A stretch of DNA of 62,054 nucleotides, counting the filler. It is 6 parts of 6 records of this genome, joined end to end, with 100 filler letters (N's around TTAATTAATTAA, not from the genome) between each part and the next. Parts side by side here need not be neighbours in the genome. Positions count along the whole stretch, not along the records: positions 33,546 to 54,299 come from DRR723986_20118; positions 54,400 to 62,054 come from DRR723986_20172; 4 more parts are not named here. One strand, given 5' to 3'. The position numbers and the translations under genes are program-made. The notes under the pieces were generated by a model. That model was not told the origin of the DNA. It did not search any database and saw only the letters and a program-made list of their open reading frames with translations. Shown piece by piece: positions 49,372-58,343 of the stretch (the stretch's first letter is position 1; each line of letters opens with the position of its first letter).

Positions 49372-52136
49372 GTCGTAGCAAATTCCTTCAGCCATTTTGT
49401 GACACCTAGGGGCACCGGAGTGTCTTCACCACAAAAGTACTTTGTGCCAAACACTTGATTGCTCTCGCTAAACCATCCGGAAAAATGCGTGTTGTCGAGT
49501 ACAAGCGACAACTCAGAACGATCTGACTGACGGCGAAGATGCAGCATGCCTCGCCGATCAAGCCACGCCACGCCGCCGCTAAATGTGGCTTGCTTCAATT
49601 GCCACTTCCGACCACGCTCATCATCGGCAGGTCCACCCTCAACAATCTCAAATGTCTCAAAGTCAGCGGCTGCTGGTGGCCGCTCGGACTCGAGGTACAT
49701 GGTATCGCCACTGGGTACGATTCGGTAGATTTGTTCAGCACTTCGCCAAAGGTAGATGCCTTCCTCAGTTAAGGCGATCCGTCGAAATTTCGTTCGAACA
49801 CTTCGGTGCGAAAGGAGCTCGGCAGCGGAAGGATTCAGAAAACGAAGAAGTGAATGCATAGCCTCAAAACGTACTGATCGGACACTCGGGTTGCGCAATG
49901 AAATTTCTAAATGATGTGCGCTTGGTACAAGTTTGAAATTTGGGTTGACCAACGAGTGACCAAAGTCCAACGCGACTCGGTCACCGTACATGCCCCGGAT
50001 GATCTTCGGCCTACGAAGAACGTTGTAGCTTTTGTCGAAACGATGTTCTTTGACTTTCTCGCCGTCGAACGTTCTCATGGTACTGTAGTCCGCACTGAAG
50101 CAAGACACGTTCCCCGACGAATCGCGGAGTGCTAGACCAATTTTCTCGCCCATGGTTCCAATCGAATGCCACTTCCCTGCACCGGCTTCAAAAGTGATTT
50201 GAAAGAGCCGATATTTCATTACAGCCTCTTGGAAGCTAAACAGACCGCGATCGAGATGGCAGGTTCGAAGGTCACGCTGCTCAACGTCGCTGATTTCACC
50301 GACCTTCTTGCCGGAACGAGCATCGAGAAAGTGGATCCTGTTGGGCTTGATTGCTAGCAGACGCCCGCGATCAAATGCATACTCGGCATCGGCATATTCA
50401 AGCATCTCAATGCTTGATTCGCCACTCGACGAGAAGTTCGCTAGATGATTGAGACCAGAGCGTCGAGAATGCACCACAAAGCGAATCTGATTGCCGATGC
50501 ATTGCGACGCAATAATGTCCCCTGAGGGCAAACGCCCCATGTCGACGCATCCAAGTTGCTTGCGGTCGTACAAGAAAACTTGGCCGCTTCGGTCGACTAG
50601 CCAGAGTATTGGTCCAGCGACGGCTTCGTGGAATTCTCCGTCAAAGGCAATCGAGCACCGCAATGGTCGAGGATACTGCAAGCGGTGGTACAGTGGCAAA
50701 GGCCGGCTTTCTTCGGCACGGCTTGTGACTGCAGAACTAGGAAGTTGTACGCTCTGTTTGTGAAGTATCTCGTCACCCATGTCGCTGCGACGGAGCAATG
50801 TGACTGTGGCGTCGCGGTCGATTCTCGCGACCAAAAATGGCCGCGGAAACTCTTGCATCTTCGTCGTGAACGTTTTGTCAGCGTCCGTTTGCCCAGTCAA
50901 GATGAGAAGAGGCTCACACTCAAAGCCGCTTTCGCTCCCACCGGCGTTCTGCACAGCTTCCAAGAGGCCAAGGGCGGGATGGCGGCTTGGGCTAATTCTC
51001 CCAAGAAAGTCTTCAATGCCCGCGCGAGTCGTAGTGTTCTCTTCGGTAACGCAATGGCCTGCAACAGAATAGAGGATAGCGTCGGTGCCGGTCTTGCGAT
51101 ATTCGGAGAGTGCCGACGCTAATGCGACAATACACCCACGGCGCCTCGACGCGCCCCACATGCGAATGCTATCCTCGACGAAGATTTGCCGTGGTGCCTG
51201 ATCGGCATTCGGCGGCTTTTCACGGCGAAGGTAGAGCGCGCTACCTGTTGCGATTCTGGCCAACAACAGCATCGGGTCCGCAGCAAGTTCAGTGGCCAGC
51301 AAACGCTCCGGGTGTCCACGGTTGGTGATATCACTTACACCCCCGGCTGGTAATTCATCAGATTGCGTCGGAGTCCGTGGCAGAGAAAGCAAGGATGCCG
51401 CATTGACTGCCGCGTTGGCCATAGCCGACAGCTCCGGATCGTCTCGCAGTGTGGCTAGGATCTGCTCGATCGATATCTTCTTCTCGGTGTGCTCGTCGTC
51501 CTCCAGTACGCTTTCGTCCGGTACGTCTGTGAAGCCGGTCCGCAGCCGGAGCTCCAGCTTCTTGACATCCGGATGTCGAACAGCGGCAAAGGCTAAGCAA
51601 TCGAGTGCTCTCTTGCAGCGAAACGCATCCAACGTTGCTATCGGCGTGCCGGATAGTCTCTCCGAAGCATGCATTTCGAGAAACGTGAATACATTGGATG
51701 AACTGCTCAAATCTGCTTCGTGCAAGTGCCGAGGCAAGCCACTGAACAACACGTGCAGCAGCCTCGCTTTGGCGACGACAGACCTTGACAGTTCGCTGGG
51801 CAATTCAGCGAGCGAGACGAGCCAACGAATCAATCCCTCCGGCGGTAGACGCGACTGTCCAATGGAGTGGTCGAATAGTTTTGATACGCGATCTGCCAAC
51901 GTCGCGGTGGCTTTCTGCTTAAGCCGCACTGAATCAACGATGAACAGAAGGCTAGTGAGCGGCGGCGCGAGCGTTGTGTGCTGGCAAAGTTCGCGTAGGA
52001 CTCCGCCAAGCTCTCCGCTAACGGCTGCCGTTTTCTGTTCTGCAACCCACAACAACACGTCACCATTGTCCGCGTAGTCCCAAACGCTGGGGCAAGGCGT
52101 CGTCAAATAGGGTGGCAGTTCTGTAGGCTCTGACAT
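49347..52136 (-). CDS. MoxR-vWA-beta-propeller system vWA component (bpX0/bpX1-like, vWA-like, beta-propeller)
   Basis: GGVSDITNRG.PERLL.TELA...ALYLRRE.PP, then IFVEDSIRMWG (MIDAS-position strand), beta-rich region, C-terminal WLDRRGMLHL. Confidence 0.78.
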   Translation of the reverse strand: MSEPTELPPYLTTPCPSVWDYADNGDVLLWVAEQKTAAVSGELGGVLRELCQHTTLAPPLTSLLFIVDSVRLKQKATATLADRVSKLFDHSIGQSRLPPEGLIRWLVSLAELPSELSRSVVAKARLLHVLFSGLPRHLHEADLSSSSNVFTFLEMHASERLSGTPIATLDAFRCKRALDCLAFAAVRHPDVKKLELRLRTGFTDVPDESVLEDDEHTEKKISIEQILATLRDDPELSAMANAAVNAASLLSLPRTPTQSDELPAGGVSDITNRGHPERLLATELAADPMLLLARIATGSALYLRREKPPNADQAPRQIFVEDSIRMWGASRRRGCIVALASALSEYRKTGTDAILYSVAGHCVTEENTTTRAGIEDFLGRISPSRHPALGLLEAVQNAGGSESGFECEPLLILTGQTDADKTFTTKMQEFPRPFLVARIDRDATVTLLRRSDMGDEILHKQSVQLPSSAVTSRAEESRPLPLYHRLQYPRPLRCSIAFDGEFHEAVAGPILWLVDRSGQVFLYDRKQLGCVDMGRLPSGDIIASQCIGNQIRFVVHSRRSGLNHLANFSSSGESSIEMLEYADAEYAFDRGRLLAIKPNRIHFLDARSGKKVGEISDVEQRDLRTCHLDRGLFSFQEAVMKYRLFQITFEAGAGKWHSIGTMGEKIGLALRDSSGNVSCFSADYSTMRTFDGEKVKEHRFDKSYNVLRRPKIIRGMYGDRVALDFGHSLVNPNFKLVPSAHHLEISLRNPSVRSVRFEAMHSLLRFLNPSAAELLSHRSVRTKFRRIALTEEGIYLWRSAEQIYRIVPSGDTMYLESERPPAAADFETFEIVEGGPADDERGRKWQLKQATFSGGVAWLDRRGMLHLRRQSDRSELSLVLDNTHFSGWFSESNQVFGTKYFCGEDTPVPLGVTKWLKEFATTCKRSPSS

Positions 52137-52172
52137 GTTCTCGGAACGCCGGTGTAAACAATGTTGACGGTA

Positions 52173-52928
52173 CTATCGGATCGCATCCGCTGGGTACTGC
52201 CGTGATGCACGAACGCTGCCGCGACTCATCGTACGCATCGTCGCGCGTGGAAGCGTACTCCAGTCGTCGCCAGACCGCCAAACGAGCCAATGCATCGAAG
52301 GTAGACCGAAGACCTGGGAAAGGCTGTCCGGTGGTAGCTCTGGGCTGCAGCAGTATCCAACCGGCAGAAGTGCATCGCCGTATCGCCATAACTGTGTACC
52401 AGACAGCGGCGGAAGTGGTGTCCCAATCACAATTGCTTCTTGACGATCGTTACCGTGGCAAATCGCAAACTCAAGTCGTTCGAAGCGAATCGCAGCGGCC
52501 GTGGAGATCCATCGCTCGAGCAATGCAAGTTCGACAATCATCGCGACTGCAGGGTTCGCGACGCTTGATCTAACTAGCTGGAGTGCTTGTCGGCACGACG
52601 TCTGCCTCTCCGGGGCCATGGCTGCAATAGGCAACTCCCAATGAACAAACTGATCAATCGGCATCCAGTCTAAATCGCGGATCTCCCTGCTAGGCAGATT
52701 CTGGCCAAGTCGGGTGAGCTTCCCATCCGCGTTGGCGAAGAATCGAATGCCCGGTAGGCTACTGGCCAACGCAACGTTCTCGGCAGCGCGTGCGCTCGCG
52801 GAGCTGAATCGAACCCAGAAGTGCTCTTGTTCCTGTCCGATGCTGCATTCGATTCCAGAGAGTCGACGAAGGAAATCATTGCCCCGCGACTTCGGGATGC
52901 AAACCAACAGGTCTCCCGAAGCAATCAT
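52173..52928 (-). CDS. MoxR-vWA-beta-propeller system small component (bpX2-like)
   Basis: GKLTRLGQNLP..W.PI, LVRS, RFERLEFA, GTPLPPL.G..W, LLPVGY; ATG overlaps the MoxR stop (TAATG). Confidence 0.72.
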   Translation of the reverse strand: MIASGDLLVCIPKSRGNDFLRRLSGIECSIGQEQEHFWVRFSSASARAAENVALASSLPGIRFFANADGKLTRLGQNLPSREIRDLDWMPIDQFVHWELPIAAMAPERQTSCRQALQLVRSSVANPAVAMIVELALLERWISTAAAIRFERLEFAICHGNDRQEAIVIGTPLPPLSGTQLWRYGDALLPVGYCCSPELPPDSLSQVFGLPSMHWLVWRSGDDWSTLPRATMRTMSRGSVRASRQYPADAIR

Positions 52929-54124
52929 TACTGCTCCCCGTCGGATTGAAGCTGGCTTTGAAAGTCGTCGATTTTCTGCCTCAACGCGTCGCGAGCCTGC
53001 TCATTCTTGACCCACTCCACTTTCCCAGCCAACAGCGCTACCGAGTCCGCTATCGAAGCCCTGCTAGCCGTACCGTTGTTCTTGTCGCTGATCAGTTCGT
53101 CAAGAGAAGCCAGCAGTCGCTCTGGATCTGTCCCCTGTTCTTTATTTGCAAGTGGGTGCGTCCGGGGGTCCACATCTCCGTCGACGCTACCGCTGGTTGC
53201 AGCGTGTTCCTTAATGATCGCATCAATCTGGGCTGCAATGGTCTCCATCTGAGCAGGAGATTCCCAGATGTGCCGCAGAACCCAAAGATCAGAAATGATC
53301 GCGTAGTCCCTGCCGCAGATGACGGCGCTTGCAGCAACGGCACGTTGCAGTCGAACGGCGCGGCGATCACTGATAGGCAATCCAGCATCGCGAAGACGTT
53401 CAATCGCATCAATGTAGGCAGACCGTGTCTGTTCGAGGTCGACCGTTTTGACTGCACTTTGCAAAACAACGACATCGTCAACGCTCATCTGATTCGTCGG
53501 TATCGCGTTTTGTTCACGTTGCCACCCGGCAGCAAGCACTGCTTCGAGTTGGCTCTTGTCGACGTTTTCGCACATCACGCGCAGTAGGAATCGGTCGTAA
53601 AGTGCCGTCAGCGCTTCATCGTCTGGAAGGCGATTGCTCGCACCGATTGCCAGCAGCAGAGGGAGCTTCTGCGTCTCGCGTCCTCGACGAAAAATGCGTT
53701 CGTTCAAGGCAAGCAACAACGAATTCAGAACCGCGCTATTGGCATTCATCAATTCGTCCAGGAACACAAACTCAGCTTCCGGCAGCATCCCTTCTGTGTT
53801 GGTTACCAAGTCGCCGTCGCGGAGGCGTCGCAAGTCGAAGGGTCCGAATAGTTCGCTCGGTTCGGTAAAGCGGGTCAGCAGATAATCAAAACTGCGCGCG
53901 GCTAATCTAGAAGCAAGTTCATGTACAAGCGCACTCTTCGCCGTGCCGGGAGGCCCCAGAAGAAATACGTTCTCACCAGCAACCAGCCCAACACCGAGGA
54001 CTTCTACAATGTCATCCTTACCGACCAACGTCTGCTTGATAGGCTCTAAGCATTCGGTCCTCAGACGTACGGCTGCCTCCGACCAATGTGGTTCCTGCAT
54101 TGCGGCTTTGTTCAATTGGTTCAT
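52928..54124 (-). CDS. MoxR/RavA-like AAA+ ATPase (start probably ATG 54124 or 54100)
   Basis: Walker A GPPGTAKS, YLLTRFTEPSELFGP, Walker B FLDE, ANSAVLNSLL, GASN.LP, ALYDRF, ISDRR. Confidence 0.93.
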   Translation of the reverse strand: MNQLNKAAMQEPHWSEAAVRLRTECLEPIKQTLVGKDDIVEVLGVGLVAGENVFLLGPPGTAKSALVHELASRLAARSFDYLLTRFTEPSELFGPFDLRRLRDGDLVTNTEGMLPEAEFVFLDELMNANSAVLNSLLLALNERIFRRGRETQKLPLLLAIGASNRLPDDEALTALYDRFLLRVMCENVDKSQLEAVLAAGWQREQNAIPTNQMSVDDVVVLQSAVKTVDLEQTRSAYIDAIERLRDAGLPISDRRAVRLQRAVAASAVICGRDYAIISDLWVLRHIWESPAQMETIAAQIDAIIKEHAATSGSVDGDVDPRTHPLANKEQGTDPERLLASLDELISDKNNGTASRASIADSVALLAGKVEWVKNEQARDALRQKIDDFQSQLQSDGEQ

Positions 54125-54270
54125 CACAATAAAGCTGAGAGTAAACGACACTTCACCGGCAACGCCACGATACAAAGTAGCAGGCAGATTCCGCGAGCAG
54201 TAGGCAGACCGGATGGATCAGGTGTTTGCATATGTTGCGGGACGCGGAGTGAATTAAACATTGTGAATTT

Positions 54271-54295
54271 ACGGCACACGGAGTGTGCCTACTAC
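54271..54295 (-). repeat. GTAG-type REP-like palindrome at the contig end
   Basis: Rev. comp. GTAGTAGGCACAC-TCC-GTGTGCCGT: GTAG tetranucleotide plus 7-bp hairpin; contig breaks here. Confidence 0.7.
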
Positions 54296-54399
54296 TATGN
54301 NNNNNNNNNNNNNNNNNNNNNNNNNNNNNNNNNNNNNNNNNNNTTAATTAATTAANNNNNNNNNNNNNNNNNNNNNNNNNNNNNNNNNNNNNNNNNNNN

Positions 54400-54577
54400 A
54401 GCTCACAGCCCTCAGGGCTGTGAGCCGTAATTCTACACTGCTTCAATCGAAAAGTTATGGTTCTCGGATTCTCACGTAATTCCGGCAGAATCAATTGCTT
54501 CAACCTCTAATCCCAACAACTAACAAAAGAAAAAAAGTAAGCCACCGAGTGGAAGGAGGAGGCGAAGCGCTCAAGCC
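54400..54577 (-). repeat. Dispersed repeat family, copy E (54504-54577), with REP-like hairpin at 54401-54425
   Basis: Rev. comp. GGCTTGAGCGCTTCGCC...GTGGCTTACTTTTTTTCTTTTGTTAGTTGTTGGGATTAGAG; hairpin GCTCACAGCCC-TCA-GGGCTGTGAGC. Confidence 0.65.
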
Positions 54578-54676
54578 CATCAAGACAATATTCGCCCAAC
54601 TTACGCGATTAATGTCCCGCGCATCTACAGGCCGGAATGCGCGAAACTACCGTGTGAACTACTGAAGAAATGCAAC

Positions 54677-55036
54677 ATGAAAACGCTCTATTTCTACAAA
54701 AACTGCGACTCCTGCCGCAAAGCCATTAAATTCCTGGATGCCAGAGGTGAAAGCTACAAGAAACAAGACCTTGTGCTCGAAGCCGCCCCCGAAAAAGCCG
54801 TGCTGCAACATGCGCTCAACACAGCCGCCGCCGGAAATATCCGCAAATTGTTTAATACCTCCGGGATGGTGTACCGCGAAATGAAACTGCGCGATAAACT
54901 ACCCGGTATGAGTGCCGACGAAGCACTTGAACTACTGGCCGCAAACGGTAAACTGATTAAACGGCCGCTGCTGCTGGACGACGCTGGTGGATTAATTGGG
55001 TTTAAAGAAGCCGCCTGGCAGGAGTATCTGGGCTGA
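54677..55036 (+). CDS. ArsC/Spx/MgsR family protein
   Basis: CDSCRKA, LFNTSG..YR, NGKLIKRP, IGFKE. Confidence 0.88.
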   Translation: MKTLYFYKNCDSCRKAIKFLDARGESYKKQDLVLEAAPEKAVLQHALNTAAAGNIRKLFNTSGMVYREMKLRDKLPGMSADEALELLAANGKLIKRPLLLDDAGGLIGFKEAAWQEYLG

Positions 55037-55303
55037 GAAAGTCGTGTGTCCGGATGATCCTTAACATCCCGAATGTACGCCGGCGTGCCCGTGCATGATG
55101 AAAAGTGGATTTCGATTGGTGAATTCTCCTGAGCCCGTGCGCCCCGGAAAGAGCCGCTGAACACGTGAAATTTGTGGCTGTGGGGAAGTTTGATGACCTT
55201 GAGTGTCGAGAGCTTGTGCGGCAGATTGCCGGGAAAGACTGCGTTATTGTGTAAATTTGGCGCCTTGAGCGATATGCTATTCATTTTTACTGCGTTGGCG
55301 GGT

Positions 55304-56140
55304 ATGAAGAAGTCTGCAATTTTTGGCTTGGTTTGTTGCGTAAGTGTTATGATCGCCGCCTGTGGCGACGGCAAGGTTGCTGAAAAACCGGCCGATATTG
55401 TGCCGGGGAGCCAGGATACCGTTTATAGTGATGCACGTGGAAATGTGCTGACGATGGCCGATGTGAACTCCTATCCGATGAATCCACCGCCACCGCCGAG
55501 TATGATGATGAATATTCCGCCGGAGGCACAACAAATGCTTTCGCAAGCGCGGCAGCTTGGACAAGCGGGACGTACGGAGGACTTCGTTTCGATGGTGCGG
55601 CGTGCCTCCGAAGCCGCGCCGGACTGGCCACAACCCTGGTACGATCTGGCGTACTCGTATCTGCTGCAGGAAGAATACGCCACGGCATTGCAGTATTTTG
55701 AACGCGTCAATACCATGGCACCGGAAGGGTTTTATTACACTCAGGCTGCGATTCACACGCTGCAGCGCGAAGCCGCAGGCACGCTGCCGGACGGTTTCTT
55801 TAAAGACTTTGTGGCGATCGAACAGCTGACCGATCAGGAAGAAGCGATTCAGCGACTGGAAAGTATCGTGGAAATGGCGCCCAATTTCTGTCCGGCCTGG
55901 CTCTCGCTGGCCAAACTGAATGCAGATCCGAATCAGTCGCTGGCGGCGATAGATCGTGGTATGACGGCACAATGTGACCGCGAAACCTTTGGTCTGCTCG
56001 TGCTCAACAAAGCGATGCTGCTGCGTGAGTTCAGCGAACGCGATGAGTCGGTGCGTCTGCTCTCCGAGCTGATTTTTAACAAAAACAGCACGGAATTTGT
56101 GCGCAACATGGCGCGTTCGGCCCTGCGACAGCAGTTCTAA
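55304..56140 (+). CDS. TPR-repeat lipoprotein (start ATG 55304)
   Basis: MKK signal peptide with lipobox IAAC; Pro-rich linker; TPR-like AAPDWPQPWYDLA and MAPNFCPAWLSLA. Confidence 0.8.
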   Translation: MKKSAIFGLVCCVSVMIAACGDGKVAEKPADIVPGSQDTVYSDARGNVLTMADVNSYPMNPPPPPSMMMNIPPEAQQMLSQARQLGQAGRTEDFVSMVRRASEAAPDWPQPWYDLAYSYLLQEEYATALQYFERVNTMAPEGFYYTQAAIHTLQREAAGTLPDGFFKDFVAIEQLTDQEEAIQRLESIVEMAPNFCPAWLSLAKLNADPNQSLAAIDRGMTAQCDRETFGLLVLNKAMLLREFSERDESVRLLSELIFNKNSTEFVRNMARSALRQQF

Positions 56141-56177
56141 CTCTCGAACGTAGCGCATGAGATCTGAAAATGTAAAT

Positions 56178-56220
56178 TGGCGGTCTGCTTCCTAGATTGG
56201 AATCAGGCCGTTTTTTGTTT
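56178..56220 (+). terminator. Rho-independent terminator after the TPR lipoprotein
   Basis: GGCGGTCTG.TTCC...GGAA.CAGGCCGTT followed by TTTTGTTT. Confidence 0.7.
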
Positions 56221-56253
56221 ACTGCAGTTTGGATCACCTGTGAGCAGGAGAAC

Positions 56254-58132
56254 AATGATGCGTTTGGTAGCGAAGTACGTGTATTTCGCCTGTATTTTTA
56301 TGCTGCTATGTTGTAGTGTGGGTAAGCTTTTTGCAGTTGCTCCGCAAGAGCCGCGAGAAAATTCAGCGCCGTCAGAAGCAGCTAAACTGGTGTTCGCACC
56401 AAATTGGGCTTATCTATTCCAGGTAAACGACACATCTGCGGGTAGACCGAATTTGGTAAGACTGGACGGGGAAACGCGATATCAGCCAACTGATATATCA
56501 CTGTGGCGATTTCCGCGGACGTCGCTGCCAGCTGCGCAATCGCAAAATCTGCAGGCTGTTTCACTCAACGGAAATGGTGCAAAAGAACCACTGTCTGCAC
56601 GCGAATCCAGAGATACAATCAATGTTGTCATTAGAGCCGGCTTTGAAGTTTTCTCCACTCCGCCGGCGCGTCGGCGTCGCGAACCGGGAACTCACATATT
56701 CTATCTATTGGAGGGCAGTGCCCCTAAGTTGATTGGCCACGAGGCAGGAAATAATCAGGACTACATCATGGAAGGGTTTCAACTCATGCCGTCGAGTGAT
56801 GTAAATCTGTTTTCAACAGGTCCAATCGAATACGACGAAGCCGGTAATATGCTGCAACACACTCCGGAAACCGCAGCCCCTTCAGTTGTGGCCGACCTTA
56901 TAGTGGAGGTGCCGTCTGGTTTTGGAGTGGCGCCCGCATTTAACCGAATTGACCATTCCGATACCGCCAGAATTTTTAGGGATGGATACTTCCATCTGCA
57001 GTCCGATGGAATCCGGCTGACGGTTTCAAATGACATTAAGGGCGACTCAAGCCTTGTCGGCCTCGGTGAGAAGGTTGACGGCGAGGTGTTAAACGCTCGC
57101 CATATTCGCCTGGATGTTTTTGCCCCAGCACCATATTTTCTGAGCGAGTGGCTGGACTATCAGCATCTCAGCACGCAGGAAGACCTGACTGACAAGGCAC
57201 TCACACATCTGATGGCTTGCATCTGCACTGCACGCCCGGAGCTGGCAGATGCGGCTCTGGAGGAAACGTATCACTTGGCTGAGGAACTGCGTCAAACTCC
57301 AGTATCATATGCCGATACCGCAGCTTTTATGCGCAAGGCAAATGCAGATGTAGCGGCCTGGATTGCGCGCGTCGGCCCATCGCAAAACCGGGAAACTTCG
57401 GGTCAGGTGCGTCGCGCCTGGAACTGGTATCTTCGCTACCTGAAAGTCATTTTGCCATCGCATGGAACCTCGGCCTGGGAAAGCCGCATTCATAACTTGC
57501 TTGCGGTGCAAATGTTGCGGGCACGTCCAGATAGAATGGCGTACCTGGACCCATTTGAGCCACCTGGTGCGCGAACTTTCACGGACTACACCATACAGGG
57601 CGGCGAATCGAGAGAGGATGGCCAGGGCAGTGGCCTGCTACTACAGGCGCGCGCAAATCTGCCGCATCGGCAGGGAGCTTTATGGTTTGACGCCGGGCCA
57701 CAGACTGAAGAGCTGGTCAAAAATCTGGCGGCGCTTACAATGATTTCAGAAGATGAGCTCGTCTTAGGTGCAGTCAACCCGCAGGCGCATCAACCCTCCA
57801 GCGTGAACCTTGGTAAAATTTTGCAGGCACGCAGCTTTGGGACAGAAGGGCCGGTTCTGCTGCTGACTTCGCGGGCTGACCTTGTAGATTTACCCAAAGT
57901 AGAATCGGTGCTGGCAAGTTTTGAGATCCAGAGCGCCAGGGTCAATGTCAATGTAAAGTTCGGAACTATGATGATCAGGCAACATCTCAGACTTCCTGAC
58001 CTAGATCATCCGGAAGGCCGACTTTACGAGCTGGAGCTCACAGGAACTTGCAGCGGCGCACTGATTGACCCTAACTCGGATTGTTCGGGCGCGGACTGCA
58101 TTCGCACCTACGTGCAAAAGCAGCGACGCTGA
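56254..58132 (+). CDS. Large secreted hypothetical protein (~625 aa), no recognisable domain
   Basis: AGGAG SD before ATG 56254; hydrophobic N-terminal signal; uninterrupted 1.9-kb ORF. Confidence 0.7.
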
Positions 58133-58343
58133 TGGCGCAACTCCCTGGAAAAAAGGGTACGGAACGGGGAAATGAACCCTGCGCCAATTTAGCGTGTAAT
58201 CTGCATGGTCGCGTGTGTGTACGGTCAATCCGCGTGCCTCCAATAATTCATCCGCGAATCCGACATTCCAGCAGACCAGGCCCAAAGACTTTGGTTGCCT
58301 GAAATCGGCTATGCACTTCTGACTAACGGCAAAGTCCACATCC

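Noticed and set aside
54086-54299. ORF ending in RHTECAYY
   Set aside because: It is a translation of the REP palindrome, antisense to the MoxR start region; not a gene.
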